This document shows, one piece after another, positions 36,602-46,722 of a DNA stretch of 64,000 bases; within the stretch, counting starts at the first letter, position 1, and every line of letters begins with the position of its first letter. The position numbers and the translations under genes are program-made. Source of the DNA: Candidatus Sericytochromatia bacterium (GTDB lineage: Bacteria; Cyanobacteriota; Sericytochromatia; UBA7694); contig JBIKWL010000007.1 of NCBI GenBank assembly GCA_044356335.1, positions 271 to 64,270 of the forward strand, read 5' to 3'. The notes beneath the pieces were generated by a model. It did no database searches. It was given only the letters and a program-made list of their open reading frames with translations, and was not told where the DNA came from.

Positions 36602-37601
36602 CCTGTAATTCACCTTTGGGTTGAAAGGCCTTTTCGGCCTGGGTTTGAATATGTCCCAAGACCCGCTCATGAATGCTGTGAATAATGCCATCGGTCCAGA
36701 GCGACCAATAGACCTCGGGATAAATCCGCTGACTGTACCACGTGGTGCCTGTCAGCCGGGTTTTGCCTCCTGGCAATGCCGTCAATTCAAATTTGCCCCG
36801 TTTGGAGACAAAATAGCCGTCCAAATGGGGAGGATGGATTTTCCAAAGGGTCAATTCGGTCATGGGGTTGGGCTGAGCGACCACATCAAAGGCCAGCTCG
36901 TGGGGCCGATTCCAGACTGTGATTGGCTCGGTAAAAGCGCCCGTTGAAAAATAACAGGTGCGCAGGGCGCCGACCCCTTCGCCAATGATCTCCGCATGGG
37001 TGGGATAGGCAATGCCCAATTGAAACAGGGGCTCTGTCGGCGCTGGCAGCTTCGGGAAGCGGATCACCGACTCCCAGACCACGGCTGGCGGAGCCTGAAT
37101 TTCAACGCTGGTGGTGACAGCGCGCAAAGGTGCATCTGGTTTTTTAAATTCACTTTCTTGCACCAGATCAAGTCCCAGTGAGCTGGGCAACACAGCCAGC
37201 ATCAAGACCGAGAGCGGCAGATGATTGCTTTTGCCTTTTTTGAGCAGTTGTAGGCCCAAAGTCACGCCCAAAAGATTGGCAAGAATCCCCAGCGGAGCAG
37301 CCATGAGCAGGCAAATGACTCCTTCTAAGGCAAAAACCAATATGCCCAAAGACAAGACAAACAGGCTCAGCAGTCCCAGTTTGACCTGTTCAAATCTACC
37401 TGGGGTGAGGCCTGCTCGACTGCCATAATAGAGACTTGAAGCCAGTCCCATCCCAAACGGCAGAGCCAAAAACAGAAAAATCCCATACGTTTCCAGTAGG
37501 TAAATGCCCAAAAAGAGCAGGCCCAGTCCCAGACCCACGCTCAAGAAAAGCGCTTCTAATGCCGAACGAAGATCCGAAAAGCCAAAACGGGGCTGGATCA
37601 T
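36591..37601 (-). CDS. Membrane protein with C-terminal SRPBCC (polyketide cyclase/Bet v1-like) domain
   Basis: Four to five N-terminal TM helices. The C-terminal 'VEIQAPPAVVWESVIRF...' pattern resembles SRPBCC ligand-binding domains. Confidence 0.45.
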   Translation of the reverse strand: MIQPRFGFSDLRSALEALFLSVGLGLGLLFLGIYLLETYGIFLFLALPFGMGLASSLYYGSRAGLTPGRFEQVKLGLLSLFVLSLGILVFALEGVICLLMAAPLGILANLLGVTLGLQLLKKGKSNHLPLSVLMLAVLPSSLGLDLVQESEFKKPDAPLRAVTTSVEIQAPPAVVWESVIRFPKLPAPTEPLFQLGIAYPTHAEIIGEGVGALRTCYFSTGAFTEPITVWNRPHELAFDVVAQPNPMTELTLWKIHPPHLDGYFVSKRGKFELTALPGGKTRLTGTTWYSQRIYPEVYWSLWTDGIIHSIHERVLGHIQTQAEKAFQPKGELQANG

Positions 37602-37808
37602 GGGGGGCTCCTATGCAGGTTCTTACAGGATTTGGCTGTGTTTTTACATGAATCATACACCGCCAAAACCCAATATTCAAACCCATTATTCAACCCCAAT
37701 TTTCAAAGGCCCATTCAAAGGCCGACCAGAATCGCCCCTGCGGCGGGTATTTTTTAACAGGGTTGAATGTTAAAATAGAAAAAACTGTGTATATTCAGGG
37801 TTGCTATC

Positions 37809-39281
37809 TTGCAAATGGGGACAAAATGGTTATTATCTGCCACGCTTGTGACGCTCACGGGCTGCAGTTCTGTTGAATTGGTCACGCCATTTAGGGCTCT
37901 GGCTGGCTTGAATGCCTCTGCCCAAGCGGGGTCTGCCGGTTCAACCCCTGGCAATTCGGCATTGGCCAGTTTAAAAATCCTGGGCCAGATTCAATCCGAA
38001 AACGCCTCTTTGGAAGGGTTACAATTGCAACTTGTCTTAACGCGTCCAGGCCAAGCAGCCCAAAAAATCCGTTTAAATCCACGCGATTTGTCCAAAGGGG
38101 AATGGGCGCAGTGGCTCAATTTAGCTCCGGGCCAGGTTCAAATAGAGGCTCTTTTGCTTAACGCAGAGGGTGTCACCTTGAGCCGAACTTTAGCTGAATT
38201 GCGTCTGGTCAACCAAAACCAAGCCTCGCTGGATTTGCGACTGGACTTTACAGGCCAAGGCCGTCTTGCTGCTGGAAATGCTGCTGGAAATGCCGCAGGA
38301 AATGCCGCAGGAAATGCCGCAGGAAATGCCGCAGGAAATGCCGCAGGAAATGCCGCAGGAAATGCCGCAGGAAATGCCGCAGGAAATGCCGCCGCATTTG
38401 CGCAACCCCAACTCAGTCTCGCGCCCACGGCTCCGGCAACCGCCCCTGATTTTCGCCTCTTGCCCCAAAGTGATCTCAACGCCAATTTGAATACCAACCC
38501 AATCACAGGGGGCAACCCTGCAGGCTCCCCCAGCAAAAATACCTCTTTGCCTGCCAATTCACCCCCTGCCAATGCCAACCCTGGCTCAACGCCGGGTGCG
38601 GCAAACCCAACCAATGCCAATGCGCTCAATCTGCGCCTGTTAGAAAGTGGCAGCGACCGCCTCAGCTTGATCTGGGATGCCCCGGCCCAAAGTGGCATCA
38701 CGGGTTATGATATCTACCGCAACGGTCAATTGATTCAGGCCAACCATCCCCAGGCCAATTTTCAAATGGGGGGACTCTTTGATGGCACAGATTATGCCGT
38801 TCAAATTGTACCCAAAACCGCAAATGGCCCTTTAACGGCTGCCCAACACAGTTTTCGCACCAGCAGTTCCTCCTCTGGCGGCGGAGGTGGTGGTGGCGGT
38901 GGTGGCGGTGGTGGTGGCGGCGGTGGCGGCGGAGCAGCCCCAGTCACCCCCACTGTCAACAATCCCCCTGCGATTCAATCGCTTGTCGCCAGTCGCACGA
39001 CTTTAACCGGACTCAAACAGCCGATTCAACTCACGGCCAATGCCACAGATGACTCGACCTTGGCGGCCTCTGCTTACCAATGGTCATGTCTCAACTGTGG
39101 TGATGCCAGTTTTAGCAGCACCCAGGGCCATCAGGTGGTGTGGACCGCACCCACCACCCCGGGTACCTATACCCTCCAAGTCAGTGTTTCTGACGGGGTC
39201 AATGCCGCTGTGAGCAGCAGTATCGACGTGGTCGTTCAACATCTTTTGGCCGATGTGATCGTGGTGGGGAATTACCAATGA
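37809..39281 (+). CDS. Lipoprotein with (AAGN)x10 repeat, poly-Gly tract (~21 G), Fn3-like domain
   Basis: 'LTGCSS' lipobox. A 12-nt tandem repeat encodes AAGN. 'LSLIWDAPAQSGITGYDIYRNG' is Fn3-like. A run of GGN codons is present. Confidence 0.55.
   Translation: MQMGTKWLLSATLVTLTGCSSVELVTPFRALAGLNASAQAGSAGSTPGNSALASLKILGQIQSENASLEGLQLQLVLTRPGQAAQKIRLNPRDLSKGEWAQWLNLAPGQVQIEALLLNAEGVTLSRTLAELRLVNQNQASLDLRLDFTGQGRLAAGNAAGNAAGNAAGNAAGNAAGNAAGNAAGNAAGNAAGNAAAFAQPQLSLAPTAPATAPDFRLLPQSDLNANLNTNPITGGNPAGSPSKNTSLPANSPPANANPGSTPGAANPTNANALNLRLLESGSDRLSLIWDAPAQSGITGYDIYRNGQLIQANHPQANFQMGGLFDGTDYAVQIVPKTANGPLTAAQHSFRTSSSSSGGGGGGGGGGGGGGGGGGGAAPVTPTVNNPPAIQSLVASRTTLTGLKQPIQLTANATDDSTLAASAYQWSCLNCGDASFSSTQGHQVVWTAPTTPGTYTLQVSVSDGVNAAVSSSIDVVVQHLLADVIVVGNYQ
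38269..38396. repeat. 12-bp tandem repeat (GCCGCAGGAAAT)x~10 encoding AAGN
   Basis: Direct read of the sequence. Confidence 0.8.
38877..38939. repeat. GGN codon run encoding ~21 consecutive glycines
   Basis: Direct read of the sequence. Confidence 0.8.
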
Positions 39282-41947
39282 AAAAACGTCTTTTTCCTTG
39301 TCTCTCTTTGCTCTCAGTGCTCTTTTTGCAGGCCTGTCAGGGGCTGCCACTGAAAACCGCTGAACCAACAGGCAAGGTTGTCTCCACAGCTCTGCAACCC
39401 TTAAAACCCGGTTCACAGATCCAGGCCCGGCTGTTTACGGGCCCCAATTTGCGCTTTGAAATTGCCTTTCCGGCAAACGCCAATCGCGAGGGTGGCGATT
39501 TTAAAACCCAGGCCTTGGATTGCACCACCTTTTCCAAGGCCAAAATCTCTGTGCGGGGGGGGGGCATCACGGGTTCTCTTTATCCTGCGGCAGCCAATGC
39601 GGGCAACCAGTTTACAGTGCCCGTCACTGGCTGTACGATCAATGCCACCATCCCCAATGTGCCCTCGGGGGAAAACCGGGTGGCTGAGATCAAGGTCTAT
39701 ACTGCTGGCAATAGCGAAATTTCGGGCAGCACCCTCAGTGCCACTTTTGACATCACCGCCAATCCCACCACAGTGCAAATGAGCTACCGCTCGACGCCCA
39801 CTGGCCAAGTGGTGGGGGATTTGCTCGATCAGAATTTGCTTTTATTGGCCAGCGAATTGGACACCAACCAATTGCAGACCCTGGTCGATCAGATCACGGG
39901 CGCCAGTGGGACCTATCCCAATTTCAGCTACACCACCCACCCCCTTTTGCTCAACCGCTCAGCCCTGGTGCAAGATATTATCTCCCAGTCTGGCAATTTG
40001 GCCCTGCTCAATGCCGCCAATCCCAATTACAAAGTCCAACCTGCCCAATTAAATGGCAGCGTGGCAGGCTTATTGGGCAACGACAAATACACTGTCAAAT
40101 TGTCAGATCCCATCAGTTCCCCGATTACAGATACCAATGGGGTTTACCAATTTAACAATCTGCCGCCGGGCGTTTGGCAGTACCGTTTATCCTGGCCCGG
40201 TCAGTACAGCAGTGAAGCGAATCCGAACGTTGTTACATCACCGTTTATTGTCGGGGTGATTACTTTTGCCGCTGGCCAAGTGGTCAATTTGGGCACCGTC
40301 ACCCTTTACCCCAAAGCGCCCTCGATCAGCAGTTTGAGCGTCAGCAGCGGTTCTCCAGGCACGACCGTGCTGATCAATGGGAATAATTTTCAGGCCTTTT
40401 CAGGTTTAAATACCGTCAAATTTGGCAATGTAACGGTGCCCGCAGCCGATGTGAGCTTCGTGAGTTTGAATCAATTGGCTGTCAAAGTGCCCACAGGGAT
40501 CACGGGTCCGACGACGGTGAGTCTCACCGTCGGCACGCAAACGGCTGCTCAAACCCCCGCATTTACGGTCTTGCCACCCGTGCCCCAGGGTCTGAGTGCC
40601 AGCAATATTGCCAGCACCAGCTTTGATCTGAGCTGGAACGCAGTCACCGATGCCACAGCGTATAAAATCTACAAAGATGGGGTGCTCTACAGCACCGTCA
40701 ACGCCCCTGCGCTAACGGGCACAATCAACACGGGGGTGGCTGCCACCCAGACCTACAATATGTCCGTCACCGCTGTGGTAGGTGGGGTCGAAAGCTCTCC
40801 CACATCTTTGGCTGTCACCACAGCCTCCAATTGGGTCTCTTGGTCACAATTGGGGCCCAATAATGAACATGTTTTGAGTCTTGCAGCCGTTAAACAGAAT
40901 CCCAACCTGGTCTATTTTGGTGCCCAAGACGATGGCAATCCAGCCGCAGGCCCGCTGGGAGGGGTCTGGAAATGCCTCAATGGTACTTGCAGCAATCTCA
41001 AATTGGGTTCCGAAACGGGATCTGTACAGGCTTTGGCCGTACATCCTCAGAATGCGCAAATCCTGTACGCAGGCACCCTCAGCAATGGCATTTACCGCAG
41101 CAGCAATGGCGGCACAGATTGGAGCCAGATCAACACGGGGCTCAACGCCAATCACCTGAATATTAAATCGCTGGTGGTGGACCCTGCCCATCCCACCCAT
41201 GTCTATGCGGGTGTGGCCCGTGCAAACGATGCCCAGGTCTATTTCAGCAGCAATGGCGGCGACAGCTGGACATTGGCCAGTACGGGCTTGCCCACGGGCA
41301 GCCTGAGCAGTATTTCGTCTCTGGCAATTTACAACCCAACCGCCCCGGCGGATGCCTTTGTCTATGCCGGCACCTTTGGTGGGGGGGTCTACAAAGCCAC
41401 AGGCGGCAATGCTGCCACGATCAATTGGCAACCGATCAACAATGGGCTGCCGACCTTTGGGGGCTTGGTCTTTTTGGCTGTGGTCGATGTGCGTGCCCTG
41501 ACCACCCATCCTGTTTTGTCTGAGCGCCTGTTTGGGGCCGGCACAGGGGGCTGTTTTACGCCCTTTGTCTGTTCCAGTATTCCCCCCATTCCCGGCGGCG
41601 TGCCCGGTGGTTATTTGCCCGGCGTCTGGCGCCGCAACGAAGGAGATGCCAATGGCTGGCGTCAATTGGGCCACAATGGCACCAATGCCTATGGCCCTGC
41701 AACTTTAACTGCCACTTCCACGGGGCTGACCCAGATGGTGGTCCATGCCCTGTCGATTGATCCCGTCACACCGGATAAAATGTACGCAGCCACCACCGAT
41801 GGCATCTTTCGGTCCCTCGATGGGGGACTGAGTTGGAGTGCTTACAATACAGGTTTGAGTTCTGCCTTTTTGCAGATCAACGCGATCGTCACCCAGCCCC
41901 AGGCCCTGTGGATTGGCACCGAAGCGGGCCTTTACAAAGCCCAATAG
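39278..41947 (+). CDS. Large surface lipoprotein with Fn3/IPT-like domains and BNR (Asp-box) repeats
   Basis: Lipobox 'FLQAC'. 'SSNGGTDWSQ', 'SSNGGDSWT' and 'SLDGGLSWS' are Asp-box motifs. 'LSASNIASTSFDLSWNAVTDATAYKIY' is Fn3-like. Confidence 0.6.
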   Translation: MKKRLFPCLSLLSVLFLQACQGLPLKTAEPTGKVVSTALQPLKPGSQIQARLFTGPNLRFEIAFPANANREGGDFKTQALDCTTFSKAKISVRGGGITGSLYPAAANAGNQFTVPVTGCTINATIPNVPSGENRVAEIKVYTAGNSEISGSTLSATFDITANPTTVQMSYRSTPTGQVVGDLLDQNLLLLASELDTNQLQTLVDQITGASGTYPNFSYTTHPLLLNRSALVQDIISQSGNLALLNAANPNYKVQPAQLNGSVAGLLGNDKYTVKLSDPISSPITDTNGVYQFNNLPPGVWQYRLSWPGQYSSEANPNVVTSPFIVGVITFAAGQVVNLGTVTLYPKAPSISSLSVSSGSPGTTVLINGNNFQAFSGLNTVKFGNVTVPAADVSFVSLNQLAVKVPTGITGPTTVSLTVGTQTAAQTPAFTVLPPVPQGLSASNIASTSFDLSWNAVTDATAYKIYKDGVLYSTVNAPALTGTINTGVAATQTYNMSVTAVVGGVESSPTSLAVTTASNWVSWSQLGPNNEHVLSLAAVKQNPNLVYFGAQDDGNPAAGPLGGVWKCLNGTCSNLKLGSETGSVQALAVHPQNAQILYAGTLSNGIYRSSNGGTDWSQINTGLNANHLNIKSLVVDPAHPTHVYAGVARANDAQVYFSSNGGDSWTLASTGLPTGSLSSISSLAIYNPTAPADAFVYAGTFGGGVYKATGGNAATINWQPINNGLPTFGGLVFLAVVDVRALTTHPVLSERLFGAGTGGCFTPFVCSSIPPIPGGVPGGYLPGVWRRNEGDANGWRQLGHNGTNAYGPATLTATSTGLTQMVVHALSIDPVTPDKMYAATTDGIFRSLDGGLSWSAYNTGLSSAFLQINAIVTQPQALWIGTEAGLYKAQ

Positions 41948-42033
41948 CTGACGCGGTGTGTTATGCTGGATCGTTAGCTTTGACTGGGTTGCTGGTCTGG
42001 CCAGCCCCCTGAGTTTGAAAGGAATATGACCCT

Positions 42034-43128
42034 GTGTCTTCTGAAGCACGCATTTTGAATTTTTCTGCAGGTCCGGCGATTTTACCCGAGCCTGTTTTAA
42101 CCCAACTCCAAGCCGAAATGCTCTCTTTGCCCGGTGTGGGCATGTCCATTCTCGAAATCAGCCACCGCTCGGCGGTTTTTGAGCATATTTTAGAGCAGAC
42201 CCTGACCGATCTCAAACAGCTTTTAAATGTGCCCGCTGGTTACCAACTGATCTTTTTACAGGGGGGGGCCTCATTGCAATTTTCAATGGTGCCCATGAAT
42301 TTTTTACTGCCAGATACCCAAGCCGCGTATATCGACAGTGGGTCTTGGGGCCGCAAGGCGATGTGTGAAGCCAAACGCGAAGGGGCCATCAGTGTGGCCT
42401 GGAGTGGCAAAAGTGAGGGGTATAAACGCATGCCCAAGCAGTCAGAAATGGTGCTGCCAGAAAACCCCGCCTATCTCCACATCACCTCCAACGAAACGAT
42501 CGAAGGCATTGAACTCTTCGAAGATTGGGATCTGGGCGAGACCCCCCTGATCTGCGATGCCTCCTCGGACATCCTCAGCCGCCCACTTGATGTCTCAAAA
42601 TATTCCCTGATCTATGCCGGAGCTCAAAAAAACATGGGCCCTGCTGGGGTCACTTTGGCGATTGTCAAAGAAGAGTTACTCACCCGCGGAAAACGGGGTT
42701 TGCACACGATGTTGGACTATTCCACTTACGTTGAAAACAATTCCCTTTACAATACCCCCCCGGTTTTTTCAATCCGTGTGGTAGGTCTGGTGGCCCGCTG
42801 GATGTTGGACAATGGCGGCTTGGCGGCCATGGCAGAGCTCAATCAACGCAAAGCAGAATTGATCTACCAGGCCCTGGACCAATCCGAGGGCTTTTACCGG
42901 GGCCATGCCGACAAAGACAGCCGCTCGCGCATGAACCTGACTTTCCGCTTGCCCAGCGAAGAATTGGAAGCCGAATTTGTCAAAATGGCCACTGCTTCAG
43001 GCATGGATGGCCTCAAAGGTCACCGCTCTGTGGGGGGCATTCGCGCCTCGATCTACAATGCCTTTCCGCTCACGGGTGTGGAGGTTTTGGCTGGCTTTAT
43101 GCGGGATTTTGCCCGCCAAAAGGCCTAA
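42034..43128 (+). CDS. serC: 3-phosphoserine/phosphohydroxythreonine aminotransferase
   Basis: 'ILNFSAGPAILPEPVL' at the N-terminus. The length and internal motifs are typical of SerC, and it lies upstream of aroA as in the classical serC-aroA arrangement. Confidence 0.85.
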   Translation: MSSEARILNFSAGPAILPEPVLTQLQAEMLSLPGVGMSILEISHRSAVFEHILEQTLTDLKQLLNVPAGYQLIFLQGGASLQFSMVPMNFLLPDTQAAYIDSGSWGRKAMCEAKREGAISVAWSGKSEGYKRMPKQSEMVLPENPAYLHITSNETIEGIELFEDWDLGETPLICDASSDILSRPLDVSKYSLIYAGAQKNMGPAGVTLAIVKEELLTRGKRGLHTMLDYSTYVENNSLYNTPPVFSIRVVGLVARWMLDNGGLAAMAELNQRKAELIYQALDQSEGFYRGHADKDSRSRMNLTFRLPSEELEAEFVKMATASGMDGLKGHRSVGGIRASIYNAFPLTGVEVLAGFMRDFARQKA

Positions 43129-43133
43129 TCGCG

Positions 43134-44438
43134 ATGTCGCTGGCCCGCATTATTCCCTTGCGTAGCTTTGATGCCCAGTTGGCCATCCCTGGAGATAAAT
43201 CTCTCTCTCACAGGGCCTTGATCTTTGGCGCCCTCAGCGAAGGAAAGACGGAGATCACTGGGCTATTGGCCAGCGCAGATGTGCTTTCAACCTGGGCCTG
43301 TTTGGCTGCTTTGGGGGTCAAAATTGAGCAAATCGGCGAAACCGTTGTGGTTCATGGCGTGGGATTGGCTGGTTTTCACCCCCCTTCTGCCCCACTCGAT
43401 TGCGGCAATTCAGGCACCACACTGCGTCTGTTGATGGGCATCTTGGCGGGTCAAAACTTTGAATCTTGTTTAATCGGCGACGCCTCCCTTTCCCGCCGCC
43501 CGATGAAACGGGTGGCAGAACCCCTGCGGCAAATGGGGGCCGAAATTGAACTGCGAGAGGGCAATTATCCCCCGGTTCATATCCACCCTGCGACGTTGAA
43601 GGGCTTGGACTATGCCCTGCCTGTCGCCAGTGCCCAACTCAAAAGCGCATTGCTCTTGGCGGGGCTCTTTGCCCAAGCGCCAGTCACCTTGCGCGGAGAA
43701 ATTGGCAGCAGAGATCATACCGAGCGCCTCTTGCCCCATTTTGGCGTCAGTCTCCACAAATCTGACGGCAGCCTGCAGATTGAACCCGGTCAAGTCTTGC
43801 GGGGAGCCCAGGTTCAGGTGCCTGGAGATCCCTCAACAGCCGCTTTTTGGCTGGCTGCAGCGGCCATGATCCCCGGTGGACGGGTTGAAATCGAGCGGGT
43901 CTCGCTCAATCCCACCCGCTTGGGCTTTATCAACGTACTCAAGCGCATGGGGGCGGTGGTGGTCGAAGAAATGACCCTGGGCAATCCCGAACCACTGGGC
44001 ATCGTGCGTTTGCAACAGGTGCCGCTGCAAGGCACACGGGTCTATGCCCATGAAATCCCAGATTTGGTGGATGAAGTGCCTTTGATTGCCATTTTGGCTA
44101 CCCAGGCCACTGGAATCACGGAGGTGCGTGGGGCGGGTGAATTGCGGGTCAAAGAATCAGACCGGTTAGAGGCCATTGCCCTGAATTTGCGCGCCATGGG
44201 AGCCCAGATCAAACTTTTTGATGACGGCTTTGCGATCGAAGGTCCCCAGGCCTTATACGGGGCCGAAATTGAGCCCTTTCACGATCACCGCATTGCCATG
44301 GCCTTTGCCATTGCCGGTTTGGTGGCCACGGGTGAAACCCACATTTTAAACCCCGAATGTGTGGCCATTTCTTACCCTGAATTTTTTGATGTACTCAGTT
44401 CTATCCACAATGGAGCCATAACCCCATGCGTTTTTTGA
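43134..44438 (+). CDS. aroA: 3-phosphoshikimate 1-carboxyvinyltransferase (EPSP synthase)
   Basis: 'IPGDKSLSHRALIFGALSEG' and 'LDCGNSGTTLRLL' motifs. Confidence 0.9.
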   Translation: MSLARIIPLRSFDAQLAIPGDKSLSHRALIFGALSEGKTEITGLLASADVLSTWACLAALGVKIEQIGETVVVHGVGLAGFHPPSAPLDCGNSGTTLRLLMGILAGQNFESCLIGDASLSRRPMKRVAEPLRQMGAEIELREGNYPPVHIHPATLKGLDYALPVASAQLKSALLLAGLFAQAPVTLRGEIGSRDHTERLLPHFGVSLHKSDGSLQIEPGQVLRGAQVQVPGDPSTAAFWLAAAAMIPGGRVEIERVSLNPTRLGFINVLKRMGAVVVEEMTLGNPEPLGIVRLQQVPLQGTRVYAHEIPDLVDEVPLIAILATQATGITEVRGAGELRVKESDRLEAIALNLRAMGAQIKLFDDGFAIEGPQALYGAEIEPFHDHRIAMAFAIAGLVATGETHILNPECVAISYPEFFDVLSSIHNGAITPCVF

Positions 44439-45595
44439 CCTCAGGTGAATCACACGGCCCGGCCTTGATGGGCATTCTCGAAGGCCTGCCAGCCGGACTG
44501 CCACTCAGCTTAGACTATCTCAATGCCCATTTGAGCCGCCGCCAAAAAGGCCATGGCCGGGGCCGCCGCATGCAAATCGAAACCGACGAAGTGCAAATTA
44601 CAGCCGGGGTGCGCCACGGCCACACACTCGGCAGCCCAATTGGCCTGCTGATGCCCAACCGCGATTGGAAAAACTGGGAAGAGACCATGGCTGCAGGCCC
44701 GATTGAAGGCCCAGTAAAACGTGTGGTAACAGTCCCTCGGCCCGGCCATGCCGATCTGGTGGGCGGGATAAAATACGGCCACGAAGACCTGCGCAATGTC
44801 CTCGAACGAGCCAGCGCCCGCGAAACAGCCATGCGTGTGGCTTTGGGCACGGTGTCCCGCCGCCTGCTTGAAGAAGTCGGAATTGTGATCGCCAGCCGGG
44901 TGGTCTCGATTGGCGCGATCGCCGACCCCACACCGATGGATTTGCCTGTTTCAGACCTGAATCAACGCGCTGATGACTCACCTGTGCGCTGCCTGGGCAG
45001 CGAAGCAGAGGCCAAAATGGTGGCTGCCATTGATGCTGCCAAAGAAGCAGGTGATACCCTCGGTGGCATCGTCGAAATATACGCCGATGGCCTGCCGATT
45101 GGCCTGGGCACCTATAGCCAATGGGATCGCAAGCTCGAAGCAGCGATTGGTGAGGCTTTTTTAAGCATGAATGCCTTTAAAGGGATTGAATTGGGACTGG
45201 GCTTTGAAAGTGCCCGGGTGCCCGGATCTTTGGCCCACGACGAACTTTCGCCAGGGCCCGACCCCAACCACCCGCGCCGGGTCAACTACCTGAGCAACCG
45301 TGGCGGTGGCATCGTGGCGGGCATGAGCACAGGCCAGCCATTGGTGCTGCGGGCAGCCATGAAACCCATCGCCACGCTCATGCAGCCGCTGAAATCTGTT
45401 CACAGTTTAAGTGGTGAGGCTGTAGAAGCGCATATTGAGCGCTCAGACACCTGTGCTGTGCCCGCTGCTGCTGTGATCGGTGAATCGCTGCTGGCCTTGG
45501 TGCTGGCCGAATTTGTCTTGGAAAAATTTGGCGGTGACTCCCTGGCTGAACTCTTGCCACGGGTGGCGCTTTGGCGGGAAATGAATCCGTTTTAA
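44426..45595 (+). CDS. aroC: Chorismate synthase
   Basis: 'FLTSGESHGPALMGILEG' and 'RPGHADL' motifs. Confidence 0.9.
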   Translation: MRFLTSGESHGPALMGILEGLPAGLPLSLDYLNAHLSRRQKGHGRGRRMQIETDEVQITAGVRHGHTLGSPIGLLMPNRDWKNWEETMAAGPIEGPVKRVVTVPRPGHADLVGGIKYGHEDLRNVLERASARETAMRVALGTVSRRLLEEVGIVIASRVVSIGAIADPTPMDLPVSDLNQRADDSPVRCLGSEAEAKMVAAIDAAKEAGDTLGGIVEIYADGLPIGLGTYSQWDRKLEAAIGEAFLSMNAFKGIELGLGFESARVPGSLAHDELSPGPDPNHPRRVNYLSNRGGGIVAGMSTGQPLVLRAAMKPIATLMQPLKSVHSLSGEAVEAHIERSDTCAVPAAAVIGESLLALVLAEFVLEKFGGDSLAELLPRVALWREMNPF

Positions 45596-46665
45596 AGCGC
45601 AAAAAAGTCCCGCGCCTTGTGAATCCAGTCAATATTGCCCATCACCACCAGGGTGTCTCCCGTGTGGACATGGGTCTCGGCCATGGGGTTGTAGAGGGGG
45701 ATTTCGTGATTGCCACCGGGCAACAGTGCCAGCACCAAGACATTGCCAAATTGCTCGGGCAAGCGAATCTCTTTCAGTGATTTGCCGTGGCAGCCTTCGC
45801 CTTTGACCCGTACCTCTTCGATGCGGATCTGTTCACTTTTGATTCGCATCATGGTGTCGAGAAATTTGACCACGTGGGGATGGATCATTTGACTGACCAT
45901 GCGCAAACCGCCAATCGAGTCTGGGCAGACCACTTCGTTGGCGCCTGCCATGCGCATTTTGCTTGCCGAATTTTGATGGACTATTTTGGCAATAATGCGA
46001 ATTTCGGGGTTGAGCCCCCTAGCAGAAATGGTCACAAAGAGATTGTCGCGATCGTCGGGCAAGGTGGTGATCAGACCTTCGGCGCGTTCCAGACCTGCTT
46101 CTTTTAAGATATCGTCGTTGGTGGCGTCGCCGATTAATCCCAATAAACGGGGGTTGTGAAAATGCTCTTGTAAAGCGATGAAGGCCGCAGGATCTTTTTC
46201 AATCACAACAAAGGGTTTGTTGGCGGCCAAAAGTTCTTGCACAGCATAAAAAGCAGTTTGCCCTCCGCCCACAAGGATCAGGTGTTGCTTGAGTTTTTCA
46301 ATTTCTTTGTTCATTCGCCTGTGGCTGAGTATATTGTTGAGTTCGCCTTCGACCAAAAAAGCGGTTAAGTATGATGCAAAGTATACCGTAATCCCCATCC
46401 CACAGAGCAGCAAAAACATCGTAAACACGCGGGCGGGTTTGTTGTGCAAAATGTCGATGGTTTCCCCATAACCTGTGGTGGTAATCGAGATAATGGTCAT
46501 ATACAGGGCTTCAAAGACCGAACTGCCGGTCAGGGCGATATATCCCAAAGTGCCAAAACAAATCAGACCCAGAAACAGGGCCAATGAGATAAACAGGCGA
46601 TTTTTGGTCAGTCCCAGACGCATATTTCTTACTCCGAGAGCATTATACCCGTTAAGTTGGCACAC
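45592..46665 (-). CDS. RCK-domain (TrkA-N) potassium channel
   Basis: 'TTTGYGE' selectivity-filter motif. Two TM helices plus a pore, followed by an RCK domain 'LILVGGGQTAF'. Confidence 0.75.
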   Translation of the reverse strand: MCQLNGYNALGVRNMRLGLTKNRLFISLALFLGLICFGTLGYIALTGSSVFEALYMTIISITTTGYGETIDILHNKPARVFTMFLLLCGMGITVYFASYLTAFLVEGELNNILSHRRMNKEIEKLKQHLILVGGGQTAFYAVQELLAANKPFVVIEKDPAAFIALQEHFHNPRLLGLIGDATNDDILKEAGLERAEGLITTLPDDRDNLFVTISARGLNPEIRIIAKIVHQNSASKMRMAGANEVVCPDSIGGLRMVSQMIHPHVVKFLDTMMRIKSEQIRIEEVRVKGEGCHGKSLKEIRLPEQFGNVLVLALLPGGNHEIPLYNPMAETHVHTGDTLVVMGNIDWIHKARDFFAL

Positions 46666-46722
46666 AGTTTGTTATTCTGATTGAGTCGTGTTTCCAACGC
46701 ATTGGCGAATTTGTGATACGTT

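Noticed and set aside
38138-38701. Minus-strand ORFs encoding AAFPAAFP.. and CGISCGIS.. repeats
   Set aside because: They are reverse-strand readings of the (AAGN)n coding repeat of the lipoprotein gene. The plus-strand gene has the lipobox, the Fn3 domain and coherent context.
40844-41674. 276-aa minus-strand ORF inside the BNR-repeat lipoprotein gene
   Set aside because: It is an antisense shadow ORF in a GC-rich gene. The plus-strand product has clear Asp-box and Fn3 motifs.
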